A stretch of 57,983 nucleotides of DNA from Atractiella rhizophila (taxonomy: Eukaryota): NCBI GenBank assembly GCA_021432655.1, contig MU271473.1, positions 1 through 57,983 on the forward strand, written 5' to 3'. Made by a program: the position numbers and the translations under genes. The notes below the pieces were generated by a model. The model worked only from the letters and a program-made list of their open reading frames with translations. It was not told the origin of the DNA and made no database searches. Shown piece by piece: positions 21,289 to 33,855 of the stretch (the first letter of the stretch is position 1; the number at the start of each line of letters is the position of its first letter).

Positions 21289-23648
21289 TCTTCGCCGTCG
21301 CCAGTCTCACCCATTCGGTATTCTACTCCGGTGTCAGTGCACGTCCTTTGCAATTTGCAAAGAGATGAATGGCTTGGGAGAGGAATGTTATCTGATATAC
21401 TACATCAATGCTTACTTGAGAACTCTCCATTAGGTTCAAAGGAAATATTTACCTACAGCTATCAGTACTGGAAACAATGGAGTCACTCACGCTAGAGATC
21501 ACGGAGCAGGTGTAGGAGGTAGAAATGCTGGGGTGAAGGAGGTTCAATCTGTTTTGAACTTCCCTGTTCACTCTGTCAAAAATTCCGATAAGTGGAGGAA
21601 CCGACTGACGTTGTGGCATCGGTGCCACTGTCTGGTGTCAGCATTGGACGTCAATACAAGAGTAGTGAAGACTGACAAACGGAAAGCATCTATTGTTAAT
21701 AAATATCGAGAGGTCATCACATCCACGTCAAGCAATAGTGCTGGAAGGCTGTCTGGAATGCAGATTCCATGTTCCATGGTTTCGCTTAGTACCTCACAAA
21801 GGCTTGCCAGTTCATTCTCTAACTCATCCCAGCCTGTAAGCTCAAGAGTGAGCGAATGACGTTGACGATTGCTCATATTCCTTTGGCGTTATGGTAGGGA
21901 TGGAAATTTAGGACAAGGGGGAGGCGGTTTATATGCATCAATAGAAACAACGGTTGGGGAGAAAGAAAGCAGCCTGTAAAGATTCCTTTGTACCATAGCT
22001 GCCTTTGTTGACGGAACAAGACCCCTTTGTTCACGGTCAAAACATTTCTGCATATTCTCCACAAGTTGGATTTTTCACCTCTCCCTGTTGAGAAAGAATT
22101 AACTGATATGCGCAGGCAAATCATGAAGATGCAAGGTTCATGCATTTAGTGAACGAGGGCGGAACAGCATTGCACAGAAAGGAGCAAGGGAAGTTTCAGC
22201 CCGCATACTTGTTCTTCCTTTCACGATGAGATATCAAGCGAATGAGGTGTCATTTCTTTTACCACCTTATTTTTTTGGATGTGAAAAAAGCGAACCAAAA
22301 CGGAGCAAATTGGATGTGCAATGAAGAAATGGATGGAGCACAAATGGAAAGCTCTCACCAAGGTGTCACATCTCTACTAAGCGGATTATAGTGAGAAGAC
22401 CCATATGTCATGTTGGATTTATATTCCAACACCAGTGTCACAACATTCAGAGCATCAGAACTGTAATGACTAAAGCATCTGATGAAATGAAACCAGTCTG
22501 CAGACTAGGGATACATTCATGCACCATGCATCAAGTCCCTTGTTGTCGTCTAGTTTTCCTTTCAAAACTTTGCTACAGCATGCCCGGTACTCAGGCCGAT
22601 TCGAAAGACAGACCTTCATAACCCATCGTCTTTTGCCATAGTTGCACATTCACTTTCGTCCTCCTCACAAACCCGGACTCCTCATGGTGGCTTCATTCTC
22701 AGCGTCCTGTTTCTACACTTCTTCACAACCATCCTCCTCTGTTCCTGTTCCGATCCTGATCCCCAAAGAAGCAGGCAATAAATGTTGAGTAACTGAACCA
22801 TTCCACGATGTACGTCATAGCTATGACTTCAATCACATCAGATGTTGACAGTGTGTGTAGAAAGACTGATTGTGAAGAGTCTTCGAGCCTCATTCGTACC
22901 CAGTGAGGACAAAGGACACCAGCTTCTTTCAGTGTGTGATAAGTTGAAAAGTTGAACGGGGGCCGTTCTTAAAGTTGGCGTGCGGCAGTGAAGACCACAA
23001 GCTGACTCTGCTATCCATTCCTGTCCCGTCCCTAGTCACCCATTTTCAATGTTGTGTTTGACGTAGAGGATATGAACTGTGCACCTTGTTCTCATGTGTC
23101 CTTTAGAAAGCGAGTGGAAAATGTGAACATCTTCAGTGTCGCTCCTCTCAACCCTCCCGAATCTATATCCAGTAATCCCCTTCAATAACCCCCAACTCTC
23201 TCAACACACTTCTGGCCATACATATCTCTTCATCACACCATGCTCCAAAGAACAGCTCGATCGTCAACTGGCGTCCTCTCGTCGTCTTCACCTTTTTAGC
23301 TTCATCCACGGTCCACGGTATCCCCCTCCTCCTCCATCCCTCTATCCCCAAAGAACCAGCGGATGAAATCCGAGAATATAAACCCTGATCCCCAGTCCAT
23401 CACACAGTAACAAACATCTATACTCGCTATTGCTTTTGCATTTGTGAGTGTGGAAGAACTGGGGGGAAACGAGCCTTGAAGTTTCCTCACCACCGTCAAG
23501 GTAGACTTGGGTGAGATGTTTGAGGTGTGCGAAGTCGAGCGGTTTGGGAAGGATGGAGATCTTTCCATCAGGTGAGTAGGGTGTGAGTGTTATCGTGAGG
23601 TCTTTCAGCAGAGGCGACAGACAGGAACCTGAGACAGCGGGAGGGAGC

Positions 23649-24766
23649 TGTTGAGACTAGGATTCTTCCTATCACACTGGGAAGTGTACATTGCAGAAGA
23701 AACTCACCTAGGATTCTTCCTATCACACTGGGAAGCATGAAGGGAACAAATCCTTGTGAGGGAGGTATATGTGTATTTTACATTGTGGGGCATTGCGGGG
23801 CACTCATGTGACCGTGGTGTCACGGTATGTCGCTTATCTCCAACACTCCCACTCGACAAAACAGTGATGCTGAATCACAAAATCAAAAACTTGTAAAAAT
23901 CAAAAACTTGTAAAAATCAAAAACTAAGAAGTTGTTCTCCCACTTGATGAAGCAGTGCTTGGTTTTGACACCAAAGATAGTAAACTGCAGAGATATTCGT
24001 GTTTCCCCTTTTCTAATGGTTTCATGAAGATGTCTGCAATCATTTCTGTTGTGGGACAGTATCTGAATCGAGGATATTGTTCGCTTGTGCCTCTCCGATC
24101 CAAAATAACTTGATGTCCACATGCTTCATCTGTGAAAAATGTTCTGGGTCATGTGCATTTTCAAGAGCTGCTTTGTTATTGTTAAATATCGGTAGTGCCC
24201 GTTCTTACTTTCTTCCCATTTCTTCAAATAAACTCCGATACCAAACTCCTTCTACTCCACCATGTGTCATCGCTAAGAACTCGGCATTTCCTGTGGAGAG
24301 TGCTACTCCATCTTGCCGTTTGCTACTCCAACTGATCGGTCCTTTGCCTAAGAAGAAGGCAAAACACGACGTTGATCCTCGCGTGTCTAAGTCTCCGGCA
24401 TAATCTGCGTCTGTGTACCCACAGAAAAACGGACGGGAGTCCCCTTCACTTTGTAGGCCATATTCCAAACAATAATGTTTCGTGGTTCGCAGGTAACATA
24501 AAACCCTCTTAACTGCCTCCCAATGCTTAGGCCCTGGATTAGAAGAAAATTTCCTGAGGTGACCCACAACCCAAGCTATGTCAGGGCACGTTGCAATAGC
24601 AAGATAGATTAAGCCACCTATCGCATTTAGATATGGGACCTTTTCCATGTATTCAATCACTTCTAGTGTGTTTGGGCAATCTGCCTTTGAGAGCATGCTC
24701 CCTGAGTCGTAAGGAGTGGAGACTGGACGACCTTCATCTGTCATATGCATCAAGGTATCGATGTTG
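23649..24766 (-). mobile_element. 3' fragment of a second Copia family (LTR family C 23649-23845, PPT, RT/RNase H remnant)
   Basis: 197-bp TG..CA LTR, PPT GAGTGGGAG on the minus strand; ORF 24205-24753 with TCPDIA, YTDADYAGD, ISWSSKRQ; 17-bp tandem repeat at about 23879-23924. Confidence 0.9.
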
Positions 24767-25164
24767 TGTCAGGTTTGCATCTTACTCAAATCGGCGCCCG
24801 TTCGCCAGATTACATCTCCTATCGCCCATTTGTGTTCCCTGCGAAACGGCGCCGGTCGCCACTCTGTGTCTCCCGTTGCCCATTCGCCCATTTATGCCTA
24901 TCCTCCTCTTATTAACTCCACATAATCCCACCGTCACTTCCCCCTTTTAGTTCTCTTACACGTTTCGTCTGCTCTTCTCTACACTCTGTGGTAGTGCTAT
25001 TCCGCTTGTATATATAGATCAGAGAGTAGTGGAGGTGACCTTAGAGTATTCTCTTAGGTTTATCTCCACTACAGGTTAGTCTTCATGTCATATCATGCAC
25101 TTAGGTTTATCTCCACTACAGACGCATCACCCGTCGGCGACCGCACATAGTGTCAGCCCTAGCA
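24767..25164 (+). mobile_element. LTR family B variant (different 5' half, same 3' half)
   Basis: TGTCAGG...CCCTAGCA; about 24990-25164 is near-identical to 21011-21185; no TSD. Confidence 0.8.
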
Positions 25165-25274
25165 GCCTTTGATGGGATTTTCGTATTTATCGAATGATAA
25201 AACCTCGAAGATGAGAGAGAGGATCTCAGGGGGGTAACTGTGTGACAGTGCATAAACTAATACTTGTAGTTCGA

Positions 25275-26616
25275 CACCGAAGAAAGCTTTTCGGAAGGTG
25301 GCCTGCCGCTAAAATCAGCAGGCGACCTTCCGGTTACGAGCATGCTACCTGTTGAAAGTCCATCAGGCGACCTGATTGCGGCGATTTGTCCAATCATCAG
25401 GTCGCCTGCTGCCAGCCATCAGCTATATTGCAAGAACCTGATGGCTGGTGGCAGGGGACCTGCACGTACCTGATGGGAAAATCCTGCACTGGCTACGGCT
25501 CCTCCCTTCCCCAATTTCTTTACACCTCTTACATGCCCTGGGACACCTGTGAGGATTATGTTGCGATTACGAATGCATTGTACAATTTAGTGTCATCTAA
25601 ACGTGGGAACTCATCCTTATCAGACCCATTCCTTGGCTGACTAATGAATCAGCTCCATCTGATGTGATAGAGATTACTCATGAATCATACTTGCGAACAT
25701 ACTAAGCTATATCCCTAACTCATAAGCAATTAGCATGGCCAGAAATCACTCAAGCAAAGGAAAAACATACCTTCTGAGCAGGTAAAAAGATACCTAACAA
25801 ACTCCCATCTCATCAGTCTCCGGTGCAATTTGGAACCAAGAAGAGAACAAACAAAGATACTTACATTAACCTTCATACCTACCACGATCTTTCCCTTCCA
25901 AGAGCCTTTCTTCCACATCATTAAGTAGCAATAACTCGGGCATGCTTCTTCAAGCTATCACACCGCTGGTGTGGAGGACCTTGCATTTGAGAGTTCAAGG
26001 CAGGGCTTGTTGTCTTGCTGTCCGCCAATACATTAGAAGGCAAAACAAAGCTGTCTTTTGAACATTCATAGAAGGAACCTATACCAACTTGTTGGTCTCA
26101 TCGGAGTTCTCCTCACCCAGAAAAGATGCAAGTCGAAGCATTGTCGCCAGCCACACCACTGTTTTCGATGCTGTGTGCCACCCAATTTTCCTGTTCTTCC
26201 CTACCACTAACAAGCACACGATGCACCTTCAGCGGTTTCCCAGCTCACTCTGTCGTTGAGCATCTTCTCCTGCTTGGCACAAAGCCCCATATCTTTCTTT
26301 ATTCACTTTCGCCAGTAGTGGTCCATTACGAAGCGGATTTCACAGCAGACACATCTGAGTACCTGAGAGGCATTATGGAGTGGGTGTATGACTTGGTGAG
26401 GGACGTGTGAGTACGATTGTGGCGTATTCGTTGGATTGGATCGTCGATGTCGTTTGGGTGCCTAAAAACTACCCTAACCCTACTACCTCACGACCTTCGC
26501 TAAAGGAAAAATGCTAAGTCCAAACCTGCATGTTGGTGGTAAGCAGGAGACCTGACGGCAAAATAGAGTTCCTGCGTGTAGCCATCAGGTCACCTGCCGA
26601 AAGAGTTTCCACGGTG
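25275..26616. mobile_element. Non-autonomous TIR DNA transposon (CACCG termini, TCGA target duplication)
   Basis: Imperfect TIRs of about 30 bp (CACCGAAGAAAGCTTTTCGGAAGGTGGCCTG vs CACCGTGGAAACTCTTTCGGCAGGTGACCTG); TCGA on both sides; the empty site aligns with paralog F3; subterminal CAGG-N3-CCTG repeats. Confidence 0.82.
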
Positions 26617-26829
26617 TCGAGCTGGGGAAAGGGAGAGTGGGATGGTTGTCCCCACAGCGTTTACCTCTACACATTTCTGAAGCTTCTTGGTTAGTACACG
26701 ATACTTAAGGGCTGGGAATGTTGCGCAACTGATTGGTTTGGTTGCTGGAGTTCTTGTCGACTTGAAGTCACAGTGCTATAAGTTCAAAGATACAATTTGC
26801 CCCTCGAAGACAATGTAGGCTTGAAGATG

Positions 26830-27850
26830 TAGGCTTGTCCCAAGGGTTCAAGGAATGGTACCATTGTTATACCACATCTTCAATCTTCGATGGTGCCGCT
26901 TTCTGTTCTGTTAAGTAGTCCATCGTTGAAGGCATGGGTCGTCGTCAACCGTAAGAACGACTCGAGTGACACTCAAACGGTGATCGGCTTCACTACATTG
27001 TAGCACATTTGGACAGAATTTGATGCCTTAGGCGCTTTTGCTGGGAATCAGCAGAATCATTTGCATAGCAGAAGACATCCGTAATACACACAGTCAGCAT
27101 CCTCCTTACAAACCTGATCTCGTCATACCCTGAAGCTTCCGAAATAGTCATCAACACCAAATATACTCCCTCCCATCCATCGCCATCATCACCCCTATCC
27201 CTCATTTCCTGATCCCCCTAAAACCAGCAGATAAACACTGGGAAACCGACTCACGCCCGCAGCAGGAAATAATTATGACCTATACCACATTGTGTTCTAA
27301 TAGTGCGCATGGACAGACTTGGTGCGGATGGGGTCCCAAGATTGCTTATAAGAATAGAGCATGAGGTGTCAAGTACGAATGACTTCTGTGAGGAAGTTAT
27401 GTTGAATAGTAGGGATGGACGGAGGGATGGCAACGTTCCGAACACATTCCAGCCGTGTTCCTAGTCACCAATTCTCAATGCCGTGTTAGATGGAGAGAGA
27501 TACGAACTGTGCACCTTCTCATCATGTCTTCTCTTGAACGCGAGTCAAATCTGATAATTCCCTGCATCACCACTCCCCACCCTCCCAAACCCAGGTATCT
27601 TCATTCTCCTCACTCACCCCGAACTCTCTCAACATGCTCCTTGCCTTGCATATCTCGTCCTCAAGCCACCCTCCAAAGAATAGCTGAACGCTCAAGTCAC
27701 GTCCTCTCGTCGTCTTCACCTTTTCAGCTCCATCCACCATATCCCCCTCCTCCTTCATCCCCCTGTCCCCAAAGAACCAGCAGATGAACTCTGAGAATAC
27801 GAACCCTGTGAATCTCCAGTCCACCACACAATACCGAACATCTATGTGTC
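26830..27850. repeat. Segmental duplication with about 48660-49675 (3' end and downstream flank of family F genes)
   Basis: caagggttcaag.aat.gt.ccattgttata...ccgtaagaac.actc.ag...taaacactgggaaac.gactcac is colinear in both. Confidence 0.8.
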
Positions 27851-29332
27851 TTATTGCTTTTTGCATTTGTGAGGGTGTGGAAGAACTGGGGGGAAACGAG
27901 GTTTGAAGCCTCCTCACCACCGTCGAGTTCGAGGTAGCTGAGATGTTTGAGGTGTGAAAAGTCGAGTGGACTGGGTAGGATGGAGGTCTTTCCATCAGGC
28001 GAGTAGGGGGCGAGGGTGATCTTGAGCCAACCTAGAAGAGGGGGTAGACAGGAGCCTGAGATGGAGGGAGGGAGAGGACACAGTTCGGAGAGACGCAAAT
28101 CTGTGAGGGTGAGTGGGAGAGAGAGCGATGGGAGAGGTGGGTATGCGTGAAGCTGTAGGGAGTTGAGGTTAGATGATAATTGAAGGCCGCGTGATGTCGA
28201 AAAGGCAGAGTCCTCTACGTTGAAAGCACAGAAGGCTTTGATCCTGTCACCCATCCTCCACATAAAATTCTCGACCTCATCCTTCTTCCACTTTCTCCAA
28301 CCTTGCCCTTCAAACATTACGTCATCCAACCTCGTCAAGCTTTCAATCGCATGCAACACAATCTTCGCCTCCTCTTCATTCCACAATGCACACATGTACA
28401 AGTACGTAACATTCGGCAGCCCAGCGATTGACGTCTTGCGCCATCTCAACGCTGATGTCATCGTCAAGCCCACTCTCAAACCGGAGGGTTGTCCGCAAAC
28501 GCCCAGCATTAGGATAAGCTGTCAAACGAGCATGGAACTCTCCTGCACAGAAACATCTTCACTGAAATATGGGACTGAAACAGCCTTCCAAAGCTGACAG
28601 ACCTCAGAAAGTCGCTCGAAGGAAACGAGATATCCAGTACCTTCTATAAGCCTTTCAGATTCATCGAATGAAAGAATCTCGAAGATGAGTGAGAGGATCT
28701 CAGTAGGAAGGTGTGTGATACTGCATAAACTAATACATATAGGTCGAATTGTGGAGAGGGAGAGTTGGATGGTTGTCCCCAGACCGGTGGATGGATTGGT
28801 TGGCTCCTCCCATTCCTTGAGAGGAATGAAACACTGTTGATCCTTGGAGTATACGGCGACAGGTTGGAAGATGAGCTGAGAGCGATTCTCTGCAAGATGA
28901 AATGTGCATGTGAAGGGTTTCAGAGACATGTCCTCCAAATCCACGGATGCAAGACTTTTGGTATCCCCAAAAGTTACCATAATACTTTTCTCCTCCAACG
29001 CAATGCAAAGAATCATTGCACCGTCGGGTTCTCCTTCACTTTTCTGACCTTCTAGAGAGAAGTAGGACGATTTCGATGGACCATACTTGAGCTTCCAGAA
29101 TCGAATAGGTAAGACGAACGTGATCTGGAGCGTGTGAATTGATGGAGGTAGGCGAGAAATGAAAGAGGGAAGAATGGAGAGGTGGATTGGACTGCCATGT
29201 CGTAATGTTACAGGGGTTATGAGATGAGCCAGTGCGATTGACTCTGTCCCCTGACTGTCCTTCTGTAAAACTGATGTTTTTCTCCTTTTGATTCTGGGAG
29301 AGAAGACGCCGGACTAAACCCCACGAGTCCAT
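27567..29332 (-). pseudogene. Family F copy F3, full length but frameshifted (or with sequencing indels)
   Basis: Consecutive ORFs 29036-29332, 28522-29016 (THLPTEILSLIFEIL..VCQLWK), 27724-28509 (WNEEEAKIVL) and 27567-27995 (FICWFFGDRG) each match part of F4. Confidence 0.8.
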
Positions 29333-29903
29333 GTTAAACGAGATAAATGAGGGAGAAAGATCGATCCTGCCTGTGGCGCAATAGTGCGTTCTCCAACTTC
29401 ACCCATTTCGACGCACCCACTGCAATGATCAGAATTCGAAATCGTGAGGATGATAGCAAAATCGTTTGAGGGAGTCGGTGGATTAGGGAACCGTCTGGGC
29501 TGCTGTTGGGTGGGTTGAAGTCCAGGTGGAAGGAAGTATTTGTTCGGACATTGAACGCTTTAGCAACTAACATCGTGGAAGCTCTTTTGGCAGGTGACCT
29601 GATGGCTCCACACAGGAACTGTATTTTGCCGTCAGGTCTCCTGCTAAATGAAAATGGTAGCTCCGTATCTTTACTCGTGGTCCCCAATACAATCACGTAT
29701 AAGCGAATGCGAGCAAAGATAAGTTGAACGCGGAGAGTCCCTAACTTCGGCGTTCGGCATGAACATCACAACCTGACTCCGTTATCAATTCCTGTCCTAT
29801 CCTAGTCCCCATTTTTAATCCTGCGTTAGAACATAGAGTGTTATGAAGTTCGCACCTTCCTCTCGTGTCTCCTTTCGACCGCAGGTGGGAAATATGCGTA
29901 TCT

Positions 29904-31629
29904 TCAGCGTCGCTCCTCTCCACCCTCCAGAACCCAGATCCAATCATCCTCCTTGCTCACCCCAAACTTACTCAGCGTGCTACTGGCGTGGCATATCTCT
30001 TCCTCAAGCCACTCTCCGAAAAATAGCTTAACCCGCAACTCGCGTCCTCTCGCCATTTCCAACCTTTTCCGTTCTATCCTCCGTATCCAACTCCTCCTTC
30101 AGCCCCCTGTCCCCAAAGAACCAACAAATGATGTCTGAGAATACAAATCCAGCGTATTCCCAGTTTACCACACAGTAGCGAACATCTATGTCCTCTATTA
30201 CTTTTGCATTTCTGAGGTTGTGGAACAGCTGGGCGGGTACGAGGTTCGAAGCGTCCTCACCACCGTCGAGGCGGAGGAAGGTCAGATGTTTGAGGTGTGA
30301 AAAGTCGAGCGGACTCGGTAGGATGGAGAACTTTCCATCAGGCGAGTAGGGGGCGAGTGTCATCGTGAGATCTTCTAGGAGAGATGGTAGACAGGAGCCT
30401 GAGACGGAAGGAGGGAGGGGGCACAGATTGGAGAGACGCAAACCCGTGAGGGCGTGTGCGAGGGAGAGCGATGGGAGAGGTGGGTACCCATGAAGGCCGA
30501 GGTATTTGAGATCAGAGGATAATTGAAGGCCTGGTGATGTCGAACAGGCAGAGTCCTCTACGTCATAAGCACGGAAGAATCTGATCCTTGCACTCATCCT
30601 CCACATGAAGTTCTCGATCTCCTCCTTCTTCCATTTTCTTGAAACCGAATGCTCACTTCCAAAAATCACTTCTTCCAACATCGCCAAGCCTTCGATCGCA
30701 TCCAAAACAATCTTCGCCTCCTCTTCATTCCAAAATGCATCCATATACACGTGCGTAACATTTGGCGAGCCGGCGATGACCTCTCGCGCCATGTCAACAC
30801 TGATGTCCTTGTCAACCCACGTCTCGAACTGAAGACCTTCCCACAAACGTCCGGCACCTGAATAACCTTTCAAGCGGGCATGCTTCTCCTTCACAGAAAC
30901 GATTCCAAACAAATATGGGACTGAAACAACCTTCCAGAGCTGACAGACGGCAGAAAGTAGGGTGAAGGAAACGAGATGTTTATTAGAGATACCTTCGATG
31001 GCCGATTCGTCTTCACTGAGTGAGAGGAACTCGAAGACGAGAGACAAGAGCTCGGGAGGTAACAGTGCGATAGCGCAGATCCTAACACCTGGAATTCGAG
31101 TCGGGGAGACTGAGAGTTGGATGAAGGTGCCTAGATAAGTGGATTGGATGGGTGAAGATTCCCATTCATTGATAGGAACGAAACGCCGTTCGGCCTTGGA
31201 GTATAGCGCGACGGGGTCGAAGATGATATCGGCCTGGGAGCGGTTATATGGAAGATTAAATGTGCATGTGAAGGGTTTTACGTCCGAGTCATTTGAATCC
31301 ATGAATGCATAATCCCCAAAAGTTGCTTTAATACTTTCCTGCTCCAACCTGATGCAAAGATTCAGTGCGCCGTCGGGTTCGATTGCATTTTCGAGGCATT
31401 CCAGTGAGAAGAAGGACGATTTTGACCTCCAGACCGCAAGAGGCAAGATAAAGCTGATCCGGAGCGTTTGAACTGATGGAGGTAGACGAGCAAGAAAAGA
31501 GGAAAGAATAGAGAGGTGGATCGGAATGCCATGGCCTAACGTTACTGGGGTAATGAGATGGACCTGTGCGATTGACTCTGCTCCCTGATCATCCTTCCGT
31601 GAACTTGAAAATGTTTCCTCCGCAACCAT
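29904..31629 (-). CDS. Family F copy F4, F-box/LRR-like protein
   Basis: 533-aa ORF with LLPPELLSLVFEFL..SAVCQLWK and Leu-rich repeats (LKYLGL, LTGLRL, LEDLTM, LTFLRL); a +1 indel near 30060 shifts the family C-terminus (KLFFGEWLEEEIC...), which ends at TGA 29904. Confidence 0.85.
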
Positions 31630-31929
31630 TCCCGGAGAAGATACGCTGAACTACAGCCCAGGAATTCATGGTAAACGAGATAAGAGAGTGGGAAAGATCA
31701 GATCATGCCTGCAGTGCGTCAGCGTGTTTTCCAGCCATCTCGACATTCTCCACGCACTGATCAGATATCACCACCGTGAGGATGGAGATCGCAAAACCGT
31801 TCGTGGGAGTCTGGATTAGACACCGTTTGCAATTAGGACAGAGACGGTGTTGCTTGGAAGTGGGCGTCCAGGCGTGGAAGGGTTTAGTTTGAAGGACTAC
31901 TGGATAGTGTCACCGTCGTGAAAAAAATG

Positions 31930-33660
31930 GGTAAATGAAATGAAATCCTTTGCAAATAATAGAATCTAAATTACACTGTGATTCAGACGAAAGCTCTCTC
32001 CCGTCACTTAGTAATGATCTGACTGTGAGAGTGAAGGCTGCGGAGGCCTGGGAAACAGGGGCGGTTACCAATCAGCTGTCAGAGGAGGGAGAGGAGGTCA
32101 CTTGCGTAGCGCGAATATAGGTGCCGTTCGAGTCAGTAGCGGGAGACACAAGGGACGGAGGGCAGAGGCTTAGGAGCACGAGAGAGGGGCTGACTTCGAC
32201 ATCCTCTTGTGGTCCCTGATCCAACACTGTCCCATTGCCCTCTTCTTTCTCCATCAGGCATTTCATTGTTGACCTCGATGTTACGCTGGTGGAAATTGAT
32301 CCATGGAGTGCGTGGCGCAGTGCGGGAGAGAGAATAGGAGATCGGCATCGGACGGCATGGAAGGGCGAGGGAGGGCGAACAGAGGTGCGAATGAAAGTGC
32401 GAGGCGTCCCTCTGACATGCCATGGTGACTTTCGACCCTTATGACTTGCGTCCTCCTCTTTCGCTATCCTAGGCCAACATCCAGTCCACGGTCAACTTCC
32501 GAGCGCTCACGAGCTTGGTGGAGGCTTGAGGGAAGTTAGAGTGAGACAGGGGTGGATGAGGTTAACGGAAAAGGGAGCGGCGCAGCGATGGACATGTGCA
32601 CATGTCAGTAGGGACACGTGTAGCAAGAGAGAGAGAGGGAGAATGGATATGCAATGCCACCAGGAAGGCATGGCCCAACGAGGCCAGAACGCGAACAAGG
32701 GCGGAGGGGTTGGTGGAAGGCGAGATGAAAGGTGAGCATTGACGGAGAGGGATGAGAGGTGGAGCGAGAGGGTAACTGAGGCGAAAGGAGATGACGGATA
32801 GTGGGAGAGACACCTGGACAATCCTTCTCACGTCTTTCTGCCATCACCAACCGTCGTCCCATTTGGCTACCTTTTCTCAATTTTATGTCCCCGTGCTCTG
32901 GGTTGATTGTAAATGATCAGTATGCGAGAGAACGTGGAAGAGTTTTGTGGAAGAGCAGTGGGTTGCCTAGGCTGTGGTGGACAGCAAGAGAGTGGGCAAG
33001 AGCGAAAGACGGCAGCGCCAGTGGGGGATTGGCGGCGTCACAGTCGTCTTCTTTCTCCATTGTATATCTCTACGCTTCGCGGGTGATTTCTGATGTTTAG
33101 GGCGAAGCAAGCTGGTTGAGGTGAAAGGTAGCAGAAGCGGGCTTCGAAGTGAAACGAGAGAGGGCAATGGCGGGTGAGAGAAGGTATGCCATGCCTCATG
33201 CCTCTCCGATGTCCATGCTCAATCCTTGACTAGCTCTATCACCATCCTCTGCTTTTGCCATCCGACGTTCAACTTGCACTAGCCATTCATTTCGCAGAAA
33301 GGTTGCTGGAGGAGTGGAGGATTGGATGTTGTCAGGAGCGCGGAGTTGAGGAGAGACGAATGCTGAGGCGAGAGGGGCGGGGCGAGGGTTACGGTAAACG
33401 AGAAAGGGGAAATAGGTCGGAGCAAGTATTGGGACTGGCAGGACGGCGCTCCCGTGTTTCCTTATCCCATGCTTCCCTCTTACTGCTCTCTGGCTTTATA
33501 GCCCAGCAGTGAAGGTAGGTAGGGATGCTGGGAGGATCGAGCAGTATTAAGGCGGGACAGGGTTGCAGGAGAGAGGGTGATGAGCGTACAGGGTGAGGGG
33601 GAGGAGCCTAATATCTATGTGAGTAAGCGCAAATGCGAAAGGACGGAGAGGAAAGGGCCG
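31930..33660. repeat. Diverged patchy duplication with about 46040-47000
   Basis: Shared ordered blocks: tgaaatccttt..ctaaattacactg..attca.acga; catgc.tctccga.gtccat..ctcaatcc; gcaggacggcgct.ccg.gt.tcctt; gagga.cctaata.ctat.t.agtaa.cgcaaatg. Confidence 0.65.
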
Positions 33661-33855
33661 CTCTGCGCTCTCAAGGCTTTTTAGCCCTCCGTTGATCCAT
33701 CCCTGGCCTGGCCTCTGTTTCGCCCTTCCTTGCTCCTGCTTACCCTCTGGTTACACCATGGTTGGAAACTGTAATATTATGTCAGCAAAGCGATGCCGAT
33801 GGTACACATCCCTGGCCTGTTGCTGATTTTGAAAGGTTAACGTATGCTTAACCAG

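Larger units (their letters stand above)
23133..26660 (-). pseudogene. Family F copy F2, broken up by three insertions
   Basis: C-terminal part 23133-23648 (FIRWFFGDRG, frameshifted); F-box part 25165-25274, resuming at 26621; the middle is replaced by Copia and LTR sequence. Confidence 0.8.

Noticed and set aside
23655..23735. Direct repeats with a short spacer resembling a mini CRISPR
   Set aside because: Only two units, inside a eukaryotic LTR, and no cas genes.
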